Assembly (NCBI GenBank): GCA_965262725.1
Contig: OZ253555.1
Coordinates: forward strand, 2,784,001-2,848,000
DNA length: 64,000 nt
DNA from: Dehalococcoidia bacterium
GTDB lineage: Bacteria > Chloroflexota > Dehalococcoidia > UBA2979
Direction: 5' to 3'
The position numbers and the translations under genes are program-made. Position 1 is the first letter of the stretch, and each line of letters begins with the position of its first letter. The notes beneath the pieces are model-generated. The model saw nothing but the letters and a program-made list of their open reading frames with translations, searched no databases and was not told where the DNA came from. Below, one piece after another: positions 30,629 to 40,861 of the stretch.

Positions 30629-31777
30629 CTAGCGCTCGGAGATCGGCACAAACCCGCGCACGTCCTCGCCGACGTAGATCTGACGCGGGCGAAAGAGGCG
30701 GTTGCCGGAGTCCCACTGCTCCCGCATGTGCACGACCCAGCCGAGCGTGCGCGACGCCGCGAAGAGCGGCGTGTAAAAGTCGACCGGGACGCCGATGCCG
30801 TTGAAAACGCAGCCCGAGAACAGGTCCACGTTGGGCCAGAGTCCCCGCTCGGAGAGCCGCTCGGTCGCGACGCGCTCCACCTCGAGCGCGATGTCGTAGA
30901 GATTGCGGTGCTCCGGAGCGACCAGAAGGCTCTCGGCGAGCCGCTGGATGACGATCGAGCGTGGATCCTTCACCTGGTAGATGCGGTGACCAAATCCGGG
31001 AATGCGCGCCCTCTCGTCGAGCATCCTGCTCACGAAGGCCGGGGCACTGTCGGGCTCGCCGATCTCCAGGAAGAGACGAATCGAGCGCTCGTTGGCGCCG
31101 CCGTGGGAGGGACCCGAGAGGGCGCCGATCGCCGCCGACACCACCGCCTCCGGCTCGGACCGGGTCGAGGTCACGACGCGCGTGGTGAAGGTGGAGGCGT
31201 TCCCGGCCGAATGGTCCGCCTGCAGGATCAACAGCGTGTCCATCGCCGCGACATGCTCCGCGGGGGGCTCGCCGCCGGTGATCATCCTCAGCACCATCGA
31301 GGCGTGCGACTCGCCCGACCGCGGTCCGTCGTAGGGACGACCGGCCGCCGCCTGCGCGATCACGCCCACGAGATGCCCGACCTTCGCGACTAGCGCGACG
31401 CCGCGCTCGCGGACCTCACCCAGTGACTGTTCGAAGTCGTTCTGCCGCGGCCCGAGGGCGGCAACCGCCGCCTGCAGGGCGAACATGGGGTGCGCGCCCT
31501 CGCCGGCTCGGCGCGCGATCTCGATCTGCGGCTCCGTGAGCGTGCGGGCGCTTTCCATCTCGGCCTGGACCTCGGCGATACGCGACGCCGTCGGGAGCTC
31601 GCCGTCGTAGAGCAGCGCGACGACTTCCTCGAAGGTGGTTGCGTGCGTGACATCTTCGATCGAGTAGCCGCGGTAGGTGAGCCGGCCCGCCGCTCCGTCC
31701 ACGAGCGAGACCGACGACTCGGCTATGGGAATCCCCTCTAGTCCCGGTATCAGAGTCGCGGTCGCGTCGGTCGTCAT
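30629..31777 (-). CDS. Citrate synthase / 2-methylcitrate synthase family
   Basis: GLEGI, LTYRGY, DH..NASTF, GPSHGGANE, GFGHRIY...DPR, PNVD. Confidence 0.93.
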   Translation of the reverse strand: MTTDATATLIPGLEGIPIAESSVSLVDGAAGRLTYRGYSIEDVTHATTFEEVVALLYDGELPTASRIAEVQAEMESARTLTEPQIEIARRAGEGAHPMFALQAAVAALGPRQNDFEQSLGEVRERGVALVAKVGHLVGVIAQAAAGRPYDGPRSGESHASMVLRMITGGEPPAEHVAAMDTLLILQADHSAGNASTFTTRVVTSTRSEPEAVVSAAIGALSGPSHGGANERSIRLFLEIGEPDSAPAFVSRMLDERARIPGFGHRIYQVKDPRSIVIQRLAESLLVAPEHRNLYDIALEVERVATERLSERGLWPNVDLFSGCVFNGIGVPVDFYTPLFAASRTLGWVVHMREQWDSGNRLFRPRQIYVGEDVRGFVPISER

Positions 31778-31943
31778 CACTCGTCCCCGCTCTCCGTCGC
31801 GACAGGCGCGCGCATCGCCACCGCGGGAGGCGCCGCGACCGTGCTTACCCGATGGGCGCGGCGCACGCGACGCCGTGCGGTGTCTCTCCGGGGGGGCAGT
31901 ATACGGGTGCGCGCCCGGCTGCGTGGGAGCGTCCGCGCGGGCC

Positions 31944-32690
31944 TCAGCCCCCGACCCGGTCGCCGGCATGCTCAGAGACGAATCCCGTGAGCAGTTCGCG
32001 CACCTCGTCGGCGTGCGAGTCGAGCGCGTGACCAGCACCCGGCAGGATCACGAGCTGCTTCGGCTCCCGGGCGCGCTCGAAGATGTCATCCGAGGCGGCG
32101 CGGTCGAGGACCGTGTCCTCGTCGCCGTGCACGAGCAGGAGCGGCTTGGCCAGCGCATTGACCTGCTCGGTGCCCGCGCGCTGCGGCGCGAGCGCCGCAA
32201 CCGCCGCCACGAGCGGCGCGAGGCCGCCTGCGCGGATCGCGACCGCGCCTCCGAACGAGACGCCGACGAGCACGACGCGCGCGGCCCCGATCCCCTTCAG
32301 GAAGGAGCAGCCAGCCAGCGCGTCGAGCACGCACTCGACGAGGTTGCCCGGCTCGCGGTACTGGAGGCGCAGCGATGTCACGCCGGCGGTCACAAGCTCG
32401 CGCGAGAGCCGCTCGTAGACCCCCTGCGCCGGCCCGCGGACGCCGCCCGAGGCCCCGCCCAGATAGATCGCGCAGCCGTCCCGGCCTTCGCACGGACGAA
32501 GCAGCCCCTCGAGGGAACCGCGCGAGGTCTCCAGCAGAACCGCGATCTCCCCGGGCTCGCCGGTCGGGCGGGCGCGCACATGCTTGATGCTAAGTTCGTA
32601 CGCCCCCTCGTCGACGCCGCCCGCGTGCGGTCCGCCATTATTCCCGCCGTCACCGTCCCTCGGCGGGCCGCCCGGCGGCCCCCCGCTCAC
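31944..32690 (-). CDS. Alpha/beta hydrolase
   Basis: GVSFGG nucleophile elbow, HGDED acid, GAGH His. Confidence 0.8.
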   Translation of the reverse strand: MSGGPPGGPPRDGDGGNNGGPHAGGVDEGAYELSIKHVRARPTGEPGEIAVLLETSRGSLEGLLRPCEGRDGCAIYLGGASGGVRGPAQGVYERLSRELVTAGVTSLRLQYREPGNLVECVLDALAGCSFLKGIGAARVVLVGVSFGGAVAIRAGGLAPLVAAVAALAPQRAGTEQVNALAKPLLLVHGDEDTVLDRAASDDIFERAREPKQLVILPGAGHALDSHADEVRELLTGFVSEHAGDRVGG

Positions 32691-33970
32691 GGGTTCGCCG
32701 TGCGCACCTGCCCGACGGAAGGCGTCCCTGTCGTCGAGACTCGGCGGCGCACGAAGCGCTCGATGCGGTCGAGCGCCTCCGAAAGCTGGTCGTAGGAAGC
32801 CGCGTAGCAGATCCGCACGAAGTCGCGGCCGTTCTCACCGAAGGCGATCCCCGGAACGACGGCGACCCGCTCCTCCTCCAGGAGCGCCTCGGCGAAGGCC
32901 TGCCCGTCGAGACCGACCGACCGCACATTGGGGAAGGCGTAAAAGGCCCCCCGCGGCTCCACCATCGGCAGGCCGATCTCGGCGATCCGCCGGCAGAGCA
33001 GGCCTCGCCGGCGGTCGTACTCGGCGATCATCCCGCGCACGTCCTCCTCGGCGCTCTGGAAGGCCTCCAGCGCCGCGTACTGGGCGACCGTCGGCGCCGA
33101 CATCATCACGTACTGGTGGATCTTCATGATCGCCTCCAGCAGGTCGGCGCGCGCCGCGACGTAGCCGAGGCGCCAGCCCGTCATCGCGTAGCTCTTGGAG
33201 AAGCCGCCCAAGAGCACGGTGCGCTCGCGCATCCCGGGGAGCGACGCGAAGCAGACATGCTCGACGCCGTAGACGAGGCGATCGTAGAGCTCGTCGGAGA
33301 TCACGAAGAGATCGTGCGCGCGCGCCACCTCGGCGACCGCCTCCAGTGCCTCCCGCGTCATCACCGCCCCGGTCGGGTTCGAGGGATAGGCGAGGAGGAT
33401 CGCCTTGGTCGCCGGCGTAATGCGCTCCCGGAGCGCCTCCGGCGTCAGCATGAAGCCATCCGCCGGCGTTGTCGGCACCGGGACGTAGACGCCGCCGGCC
33501 ATCATGACGACTGGCTGGTACGCCACGTAGCCGGGCTCCGGGACGAGCACCTCGTCGCCGGGGTCGAGCAGCGCCCGCATCGAGACGTCGAGCGCCTCCG
33601 AGACGCCGGTCGTGAACAGGAGCTCCGAGGACGGCTGGTAGTAGACGCCGTAGCGGTGTTCGAGGTGGCGCGAGAGCGCCTCGCGGAGCTCGAGCAACCC
33701 GTAGTTGCTCGTGTAACCGGTGTGGCCCGCGAGCATCGCATCGGCCGCGGCGCGCGTGATCTGCGCCGGCGTCGGAAAGTCCGGCTGCCCGACCGCGAGC
33801 GAGATCAGGTCGGTTGCGCCGTCCAGCAGCTCGAAGAATCGCCGGATTCCCGAGGAGGGCAGCATCGAGAGCGTTTCCGACGTCGCTCCCCGCCGCGCGC
33901 GGTACCCCGCCGGGCTCCCATCTCCGCCCGCCGGCGCCGACTCGGCCGCGCGGCCTCCAGGCTCTCTCAC
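32687..33970 (-). CDS. PLP-dependent class I/II aminotransferase
   Basis: GQPDF, YPSNPTG, SDELY, GFSKSYAMTGWRLG; GTGA overlap with the gatA stop. Confidence 0.9.
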   Translation of the reverse strand: MREPGGRAAESAPAGGDGSPAGYRARRGATSETLSMLPSSGIRRFFELLDGATDLISLAVGQPDFPTPAQITRAAADAMLAGHTGYTSNYGLLELREALSRHLEHRYGVYYQPSSELLFTTGVSEALDVSMRALLDPGDEVLVPEPGYVAYQPVVMMAGGVYVPVPTTPADGFMLTPEALRERITPATKAILLAYPSNPTGAVMTREALEAVAEVARAHDLFVISDELYDRLVYGVEHVCFASLPGMRERTVLLGGFSKSYAMTGWRLGYVAARADLLEAIMKIHQYVMMSAPTVAQYAALEAFQSAEEDVRGMIAEYDRRRGLLCRRIAEIGLPMVEPRGAFYAFPNVRSVGLDGQAFAEALLEEERVAVVPGIAFGENGRDFVRICYAASYDQLSEALDRIERFVRRRVSTTGTPSVGQVRTANP

Positions 33971-35457
33971 GCTGCGCCCCCTGCCGGCTTCGGAAGGGAT
34001 GGCGACCGCTCGTGCCAGTCTGTGATCGCCTGATAGGCGGCGGTCGCGCGCAACAGGGTTCCCTCTTCGAACGGCCGCCCCAGCAGCTGCAATCCGACCG
34101 GCAGGCCCTCGACGAAGCCACAGGGCATCGAGATGGCAGGGTACCCCACGATGTTCGCCGGGATCGTGTAGAGATCCGAGAGGTACATCGCCCACGGATC
34201 GTCCACGCGCTCGCCGAGGCGGAATGCGGGGCCGGGCGTGGTGGGGCTTACGATCAGGTCGTGGTCGGCGAGCGCGCGGTTGAACTCCTCCCGGATCAGC
34301 GTCCGCACGCGCTGCGCCTTCAGGTAGTAGGCGTCGTAGTATCCGGCGGAAAGAGCGTAGGTTCCGAGCATGATGCGCCGCTTCACCTCCGGGCCAAAGC
34401 CCGCGCCACGCGTGCGCTCCATCTCATCCCAGAGACCCGGACCGTCCGTGTCACCCAACCCGTACTTCACCCCATCGTAGCGCGCGAGGTTCGCTGAGGC
34501 CTCCGCCGGCGCGATCAGGTAGTAGGCGGGAAGCGCCGCCGGCGCGAGGGGGAGATCCACGCCGCGAACGAGGCGAGCACCGTTAGCCGCCAGCAGATCG
34601 AGCGCCGCCTCCACCGCTGCGGCAACGCCATCCTCCGCTCCCTCGAAGAAGGCGTCGGGAACGGCGACGGAGAGGCCGTCGAGCCCGCGCCCGAGCTCGG
34701 GGAGGTAGTCGGGAACCGGTTCGGGCGCCGTCGTCGAATCACGCGCGTCGAGACCGGCGATAGCGGAGAGGAGGTTCGCCACGTCCTCGGCGTCGCGTCC
34801 GAAGGGGCCAACCTGCTCGAGTGAGGAGGCGAAGGCCACGACGCCGTAGCGGGAGACGCGGCCGTAGGTCGGCTTCAGCCCGACGATACCGGTGAGCGCG
34901 GCCGGCTGCCGAATGGAGCCGCCGGTGTCGGTGCCGAGCGCGATCGGGACGCCACGCGCCGCCACGGTCGCCGCCGAGCCGCCGGAAGAGCCCCCGGGAA
35001 CGCGATCCAGGTCCCACGGGTTACGGGTGGCGCCGTAGGCGGAGTGCTCGGTGGAGGACCCCATCGCGAATTCGTCGAGATTGGCCTTTCCGACCAGGAC
35101 GGCGCCCGCGCTGCGCAGCCGGGCGGCGACCGTCGCGTCCTCTGCGGGGACGTAGCCCTCAAGGATGCGCGAGGCCGCGGTGGTCGGCACGCCCCGGGTC
35201 GCGATCAGGTCCTTGAGCGCGACGGGAATGCCGGTGAGCGGCCCCGCGTCGCCCTCGCGCAGCAAGTCGTCGGCGGCGGCGGCATCGGCGAGCGCCCGCT
35301 CGTCCTCGATCGTGATGTAGGCGTGGATCGCCGCTTCTTGCTCCCGGAGCCGGTCGAGGGTCGCGGCCGCGAGCTCGACGGCAGTGTACTCGCCCGATCG
35401 CAGGGCGCGCGCGTGCTCGTGTGCGGTGCGATCGAGGCCGACGGCCGCCGCGCTCAT
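33967..35457 (-). CDS. gatA: Asp/Glu-tRNA amidotransferase subunit A
   Basis: Amidase signature PGGSSGGS, GTDTGGSIRQPA; NLARYDGVKYG, EVKRRIMLG. Confidence 0.96.
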   Translation of the reverse strand: MSAAAVGLDRTAHEHARALRSGEYTAVELAAATLDRLREQEAAIHAYITIEDERALADAAAADDLLREGDAGPLTGIPVALKDLIATRGVPTTAASRILEGYVPAEDATVAARLRSAGAVLVGKANLDEFAMGSSTEHSAYGATRNPWDLDRVPGGSSGGSAATVAARGVPIALGTDTGGSIRQPAALTGIVGLKPTYGRVSRYGVVAFASSLEQVGPFGRDAEDVANLLSAIAGLDARDSTTAPEPVPDYLPELGRGLDGLSVAVPDAFFEGAEDGVAAAVEAALDLLAANGARLVRGVDLPLAPAALPAYYLIAPAEASANLARYDGVKYGLGDTDGPGLWDEMERTRGAGFGPEVKRRIMLGTYALSAGYYDAYYLKAQRVRTLIREEFNRALADHDLIVSPTTPGPAFRLGERVDDPWAMYLSDLYTIPANIVGYPAISMPCGFVEGLPVGLQLLGRPFEEGTLLRATAAYQAITDWHERSPSLPKPAGGAA

Positions 35458-35494
35458 CCGAGACGTCCCCGCCGCGGTCCCGCACTCGGCGGCC

Positions 35495-35788
35495 TCATTC
35501 GGCCTCAAGCACGGGGCGCACGCGCAGGTAGGGGCCCTCACGGCGCGGCGCGCGGGAGAGCACGTCCTCGGGAGCCAGAGACGGCCCCACAGCGTCATCG
35601 CGCTCGACGTTGGTGAGGGCACCCACGTGCGCCGTCGGCGGCACACCGTCGGTGTCGATCTCGGCGAGAACGCGGAAATGATCGAGGCACGCCGAGAGGT
35701 CGGAGCGCAGCCGTTCGACCTCGTTGTCGTCCAGCGAGATGCGGGCGAGACGCGCCAGGCGCCGGACGTCCCCGGCCGCGAGCACCAT
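35495..35788 (-). CDS. gatC: Asp/Glu-tRNA amidotransferase subunit C
   Basis: VRRLARLARI...DTDGVPPT...RDD...AP; upstream of gatA. Confidence 0.9.
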   Translation of the reverse strand: MVLAAGDVRRLARLARISLDDNEVERLRSDLSACLDHFRVLAEIDTDGVPPTAHVGALTNVERDDAVGPSLAPEDVLSRAPRREGPYLRVRPVLEAE

Positions 35789-36076
35789 CAGGCCATCCCG
35801 TTCACAGCCCGCCGCGCGCAGGGCCGCGACCCTCGGCGCCGCTCCCGTGGGGGTCGCCGCACGGAGGCGTTATGATAGAGGGCGTCCCTCCCCCACGCCA
35901 GCACGCCCGGTGCCGCTCACCCACCCGGCGCGGGCGAGTGGCGGAGGCGCATCCTCCGGGATGCGGTCGATCTCGGGCGGCGGAGTAACGCGCCGGCGCG
36001 CGGAGGAGGCTCTGCTATCCGGGCGAGCGATCCCACGGCCCCACGCACCCCGGCGGCCGACCGGAGCCACGGCTCG

Positions 36077-36940
36077 GTGTCGGCGACGGCCCGGGGAGCG
36101 CACCCTGACCATCGCGCGGCGTCCGCCCCCACCGACGACGCGGCACGACTTGGCAATCCCTCCTTCGTCTGGCGCTTCGGGCAGGAGCGGCGGCTCGCGA
36201 TAGTCTCCCGGTTCGTGGCGCTGCGCGGGGCGCTCGTGCTGGACCTCGGCTGCGGCGTCGGCGAGTACGTGCGGGCGTTCGCGCGGGAGGGCGCGCGCGC
36301 GGTCGGTCTCGACATCGCGCCGGAGCGCCTCGCCGAGGCCCGGCGCCGCCTGCTGACGGCACGCGCCGGAGGCGAGGACTCGGCACCCCCTGCCCGCGCC
36401 GTCGCGGGCTTCGTCGCCGCGGCCGCCGAGACGCTTCCGCTCCGCGACGGCTGCCTCGACGCCGTCGTGCTCAACGAGGTCATCGAGCACGTCGCCGATG
36501 ACGCCGCGACGCTCCGCGAGGTCGCGCGGGTGCTGAAGCCAGGCGGTGCCTGCGTGGTCTTCGCCCCCAACCGCCTCTACCCGTTCGAGACCCACGGGGT
36601 GTATCTCGGCCGGCGCTACATCTTCGGGAACATCCCGTTCGTCAACTGGCTGCCCGGGGTGCTCAGGTCGCGTCTCGTGCCGCACGCCCGCGCGTACCGG
36701 CACGGCGATTGGACGCCTCTGGCCCGGTCGGCGAGTCTCGACATCGTCCATCACGGCTATGTCTATCCGGGATTCGACAACGTCGCGGCGCGGTGGCCGC
36801 GCGTCGCGCGCGCCTTGCGCGCCGTCTGCTACCGGGCCGAGTGGACGCCGGCGGCCCGACTCGGCCTCTCGCACCTCGTGGTCCTGCGCCGCCGTGACGA
36901 CCCGAGCAATACTGCGCGCCGCGGCGGGGGCGAGCTGTGA
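36077..36940 (+). CDS. Class I SAM-dependent methyltransferase
   Basis: VLDLGCGVG, LDAVVLNEVIEH, RVLKPGG. Confidence 0.88.
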   Translation: MSATARGAHPDHRAASAPTDDAARLGNPSFVWRFGQERRLAIVSRFVALRGALVLDLGCGVGEYVRAFAREGARAVGLDIAPERLAEARRRLLTARAGGEDSAPPARAVAGFVAAAAETLPLRDGCLDAVVLNEVIEHVADDAATLREVARVLKPGGACVVFAPNRLYPFETHGVYLGRRYIFGNIPFVNWLPGVLRSRLVPHARAYRHGDWTPLARSASLDIVHHGYVYPGFDNVAARWPRVARALRAVCYRAEWTPAARLGLSHLVVLRRRDDPSNTARRGGGEL

Positions 36941-39900
36941 CGTCGGCGCGCCTCGCGCGGAAGCGGCGGATGAGGAGGAACGGCGGCGCAGCGGCCGCCG
37001 GGGATGGTGGAGGCCGCGGCCGGCACCTGCGCTGGCTGCTCGTGGCGGCACTCTCCGTCGCGGTCTTTCTCGTGCTCACGCTCGCCGGCGTGAGCGGCGC
37101 CGCCGTCTACGGCATCAGCCAGTACGACGAAATCGCCGACTCGGTCGTTCCCCCGGCGCAGCTGCTCGACCAGCTGCCCCGTGGCGGCGCCCGCATCTAC
37201 GACCGAAACGGCGTGCTGCTCTACGAGTTCGTCGACGAGCTCTCCGGCCTCCGGCGTCCCGTCCCACTCGCCGAGATCTCGCCGTGGCTCGTGCAGGCGA
37301 CGATCGCGACGGAGGACCGGAATTTCTTCGACAACAACGGGCTCAACGTGCGCGGCCTCGCGCGCGCCGCGGTCGAGAACTTCACGCCGTTCGGCGACGA
37401 GTTCCTCCAGGGCTCGGGAGGCTCCTCGATCACCCAGCAGCTCGCGAAGAACATCTACATCCCCCGTGAGGAGCGCGCCGAGCGATCCGTCGACCGCAAG
37501 GTCAAGGAGACGGTGATCGCGCTCGAGCTCACGCGCCAGTACGAGAAGGGACAGATCCTCGAGTGGTACCTGAACTCGATCTCGTACGGTGGCATCTACG
37601 TCGGGATCGAGGCGGCGGCCGAGGGCTACTTCGGCAAGCCAGCGTCGGACCTCACGCTGCCGGAGGCGGCCCTCCTGGCCGGCATACCGCAGTCGCCGGC
37701 ACGCTTTGATCCCATCAACAACCTCCCGCTCGCCAAGATCCGGCAACGAGACGTGTTGGACTTGATGGTGCGCTCCGGCGCGATCACCGGGGAGCAGGCC
37801 GAGGCCGCAGCGGAGGCGGAGTTCGTCTTCAAGGCGAACCGCTTCGACATCGAGGCGCCGCACTTCGTGCTGGGCCGCATCGCGCAGGAGGTCGAGGAGC
37901 GTTTCGGCCCGCGCGCACTGTACGAGGAGGGGCTGGAGGTCGTCACCACGCTCGACCTCACGCTACAGCACGAGGGGGAGCGCACCGTCGAACGCTGGGT
38001 GAGCGCGTTCGAGGAGCAGTCCGACGGCCACAACGGCGCGCTCTTCGCACTCGACCCGGCGAACGGCCAGATCCTCGTCTACGTCGGGAGCCGCGACTAC
38101 TTCCGCGACGACATTGAGGGTCGTAACGACAACATCATCGCCCAGAACTCGCCGGGATCGACGCTCAAGCCGTTCACCTACATGACGGCGTTCATGAAGG
38201 GGTGGAACACAGGCACGGGCATCATCGACCAACCCGTGACCATCCCCGACCCGGCGACCGGCGAGGACTTCGTGCCGAGCAACCCGGGTGGGCGCTTCCG
38301 CGGGATCCTCCCCGCCAGGGAGGCGCTCGGGAACTCCCTGAACATTCCCGCCATCAAGACAATCCTCTTCGCCGGCGTCGCCGAGACCGTCGACCTCCTC
38401 AAGCAGGTCGGCTTCACCACGCTCGACAACCCGCTCGGCTACGGCCCCGCGCTCACCCTGGGCGGAGTCGACATCACGCTCCACGACATCACCTACGCCT
38501 ACAGCGTGCTCGCCAACCAGGGACTGATGCGCGGGCAGGAGAGACGGACCGAGCCCGAGCCCGGAACGCGCCCGCTCGAGCCGGTCGCGCTCCTGCGCGT
38601 CGCCGACGCAGACGGTCGCGTGCTCTACCAGTTCATCGAGCCGACGACGCGTCGCGTCGTGCCGTCGAACTTCACCTACCTGGTGACGAGCATCATCTCG
38701 GACGGCGACAACCAGTGCCTCCTCTTCGGCTGCGACGCCCTCACCCTGCAGGGGCGGCCCTCGGCCCAGAAGACCGGCACCTCCGAGCCTTTCGAGGACT
38801 CGAACGCGATCGGCGACACATGGGCCATCGGCTACACGCCGGAACTCGTGTCGGGCGTGTGGGCGGGGAACTCCGACAACTCGCCCATGTTCGACATCCT
38901 CAGCACCTCGATCTCCTGGCGGAGCTGGCGCGACTTCATGAACTTCGCGCACGAGGAGCTAGAGCTCCCGCCCACAAAGTTCGTGCGCCCGCCCGGCGTG
39001 GAGAGCCGGGAGCTCTGCTGGCCCTCGGGCCGCCTCCCCTCGGAGACCTGCCCCCGCGTGAACCGCTACACAGGACTCTTCGCCACGGACGTGCTGCCCC
39101 GCAACGAGGTGGGGCGCGCGGCTATGGAGGACACGTGGTGGCAGCCCGTCCTGATCGACACGCGCACGGGGCTCGCCGGCGGTGCCGACACGCCCTCCGC
39201 CTTCCTCGTCGAGGAGGTGCGGCTTGTGCTCCCGCCAGACGAGATCGAGGAGTGGGACGACCTCCCCGATTGGGCGGCCGCGCACGGCATCAGCGGGCTT
39301 CTCGCCCCGCCGGCGGCGACCGACGAGGCGTTCCCACTGGTCTCCGTGACGTCGCCTCTGGCGACGCAGACCGTGTCGCGAACGCTCACCATTCGCGGCC
39401 AGGCCGATTCGCCGGACTTCGAGCGGCTCGTCGTGGAGTGGGGTCGCGGCACGAGCCCGGACGTCTGGGTACGGCTCCGCGCCTCCGACCGGCCGGTCGT
39501 GGACGGGATCCTGGCGAACTGGGACACCACCACCGTGCCGAACGGTCCCTACACGCTGCGCGTCGTCGTCATCGACCAGAGGCTCGGCCGGCTCCGCTTC
39601 GCCGTGCCGGTCACCATCGACAACGGCGACGCTGGAGCAGGGTCCGACGAGGCGCCGTGGGCGGCGATCAGCTGGCCGGGAGAGGGCGCGGTCGTCTCGG
39701 GCGCCTTCGTCGTGACCGGGAGCGTCATCACCGGCGACCTCCTCGACGCCCGTCTCGAAGTCGGCCGGGGCCGCGTCCCCTCGAGATGGGTCGAGGTAGG
39801 ACGCATCGGCCAGGCGCAGGTCTCGGCCGCGATCGGTCGCTGGGACACGGCCGAGTTCGAGAACGGCACGTACACACTGCGCCTCACCGTGCGCGACCGC

Positions 39901-39981
39901 CGGCTCGGCCTCACCGAGGTCACGACGACGGTCGTGGTGAACAACGAGCCCGACGAGCCGGATACACCCGGCGGCGAGTAG
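36937..39981 (+). CDS. Class A penicillin-binding protein (transglycosylase-transpeptidase) with two C-terminal Ig-like repeats
   Basis: One N-terminal TM; GT51 motifs EDRNF, GSSITQQLAK, RKVKE; transpeptidase motifs STLK, SLN, KTG. Confidence 0.92.
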   Translation: MTSARLARKRRMRRNGGAAAAGDGGGRGRHLRWLLVAALSVAVFLVLTLAGVSGAAVYGISQYDEIADSVVPPAQLLDQLPRGGARIYDRNGVLLYEFVDELSGLRRPVPLAEISPWLVQATIATEDRNFFDNNGLNVRGLARAAVENFTPFGDEFLQGSGGSSITQQLAKNIYIPREERAERSVDRKVKETVIALELTRQYEKGQILEWYLNSISYGGIYVGIEAAAEGYFGKPASDLTLPEAALLAGIPQSPARFDPINNLPLAKIRQRDVLDLMVRSGAITGEQAEAAAEAEFVFKANRFDIEAPHFVLGRIAQEVEERFGPRALYEEGLEVVTTLDLTLQHEGERTVERWVSAFEEQSDGHNGALFALDPANGQILVYVGSRDYFRDDIEGRNDNIIAQNSPGSTLKPFTYMTAFMKGWNTGTGIIDQPVTIPDPATGEDFVPSNPGGRFRGILPAREALGNSLNIPAIKTILFAGVAETVDLLKQVGFTTLDNPLGYGPALTLGGVDITLHDITYAYSVLANQGLMRGQERRTEPEPGTRPLEPVALLRVADADGRVLYQFIEPTTRRVVPSNFTYLVTSIISDGDNQCLLFGCDALTLQGRPSAQKTGTSEPFEDSNAIGDTWAIGYTPELVSGVWAGNSDNSPMFDILSTSISWRSWRDFMNFAHEELELPPTKFVRPPGVESRELCWPSGRLPSETCPRVNRYTGLFATDVLPRNEVGRAAMEDTWWQPVLIDTRTGLAGGADTPSAFLVEEVRLVLPPDEIEEWDDLPDWAAAHGISGLLAPPAATDEAFPLVSVTSPLATQTVSRTLTIRGQADSPDFERLVVEWGRGTSPDVWVRLRASDRPVVDGILANWDTTTVPNGPYTLRVVVIDQRLGRLRFAVPVTIDNGDAGAGSDEAPWAAISWPGEGAVVSGAFVVTGSVITGDLLDARLEVGRGRVPSRWVEVGRIGQAQVSAAIGRWDTAEFENGTYTLRLTVRDRRLGLTEVTTTVVVNNEPDEPDTPGGE

Positions 39982-39987
39982 GGGGCC

Positions 39988-40665
39988 TCAGGACGCCGGG
40001 CTGCGGACGTTGTGGATCGCGCTGAAGAAGCGCTCCATCTCGTCGAGCTCCCCGGCGAGCACGAGCACGTCGCGGGGCCGCAGCCGTTCCCCGCGATCGG
40101 GGTAGAGGATCACGCGCGATCCGCGCGCGAGGAGCAGGAGCGTGACGCCGTCGGGGCGGTTCCCGATGACGTCGCCGAGCTCCTGACCGACGATCTCCTG
40201 CGGAACCTGTACACGGCTCACCGTGTACCCCTCGACGACGTCGAGGGAGTCGGTGATGTCGGACGAAGACCAGCTGTGAGCGAGGCGCAGCCCGGTGTCG
40301 CGCTCGGGGTAGATCACGCGATCGGCGCCGACGCGGGTGAGGATCTCACCGTGGAGGTCGCTACGCGCCTTCGCGATCACGCGCTCGATGCCGAAACGCT
40401 TCAGCAGCAACGTGACCAGGATGCTGGTCTCGATGTGGCCCGTGATGGCGACCACTGCCGACTCGCAGTCGGCGACGCCGAGGCGCGCCAGCGCCTGCTC
40501 GTCGGTGGCGTCGGTCTGGACGACGTGGGTGACCCGCGGCGCGAGGCGCTGGACGACCGCCAGATCGGAGTCAATGCCCAACACATCGTGGCCGGCGGCT
40601 GCCAGTTCCTCGGCGACCGCCGAGCCGAAGCGCCCGAGACCGATGACGGCCACGTGCTGCTTCAT
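39988..40665 (-). CDS. TrkA/KtrA-family potassium uptake regulatory protein
   Basis: VIGLGRFG Rossmann motif, GADRVIYPE, C-terminal RCK_C domain. Confidence 0.9.
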   Translation of the reverse strand: MKQHVAVIGLGRFGSAVAEELAAAGHDVLGIDSDLAVVQRLAPRVTHVVQTDATDEQALARLGVADCESAVVAITGHIETSILVTLLLKRFGIERVIAKARSDLHGEILTRVGADRVIYPERDTGLRLAHSWSSSDITDSLDVVEGYTVSRVQVPQEIVGQELGDVIGNRPDGVTLLLLARGSRVILYPDRGERLRPRDVLVLAGELDEMERFFSAIHNVRSPAS

Positions 40666-40861
40666 TGCCGCGCCTCCCGTCCCGCGTCGTGTTCGACCAT
40701 TCTCGAACGCACCCTCTCCGCGATCCAGCAGCGCCGGAGGAAGGCGCATCCTCGCCGATGGGCGTGAGCGACGGTCGGAGGTGTCAGCTCCACACTTCCC
40801 GACCCATCAACTCCGGCATTCCGGGTGGTACGGGCGGATCTGTGGCGCCGGACTCCGGACC

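Noticed and set aside
40666-40861. c-di-AMP riboswitch upstream of the trkA-like gene
   Set aside because: No recognisable ydaO consensus by eye
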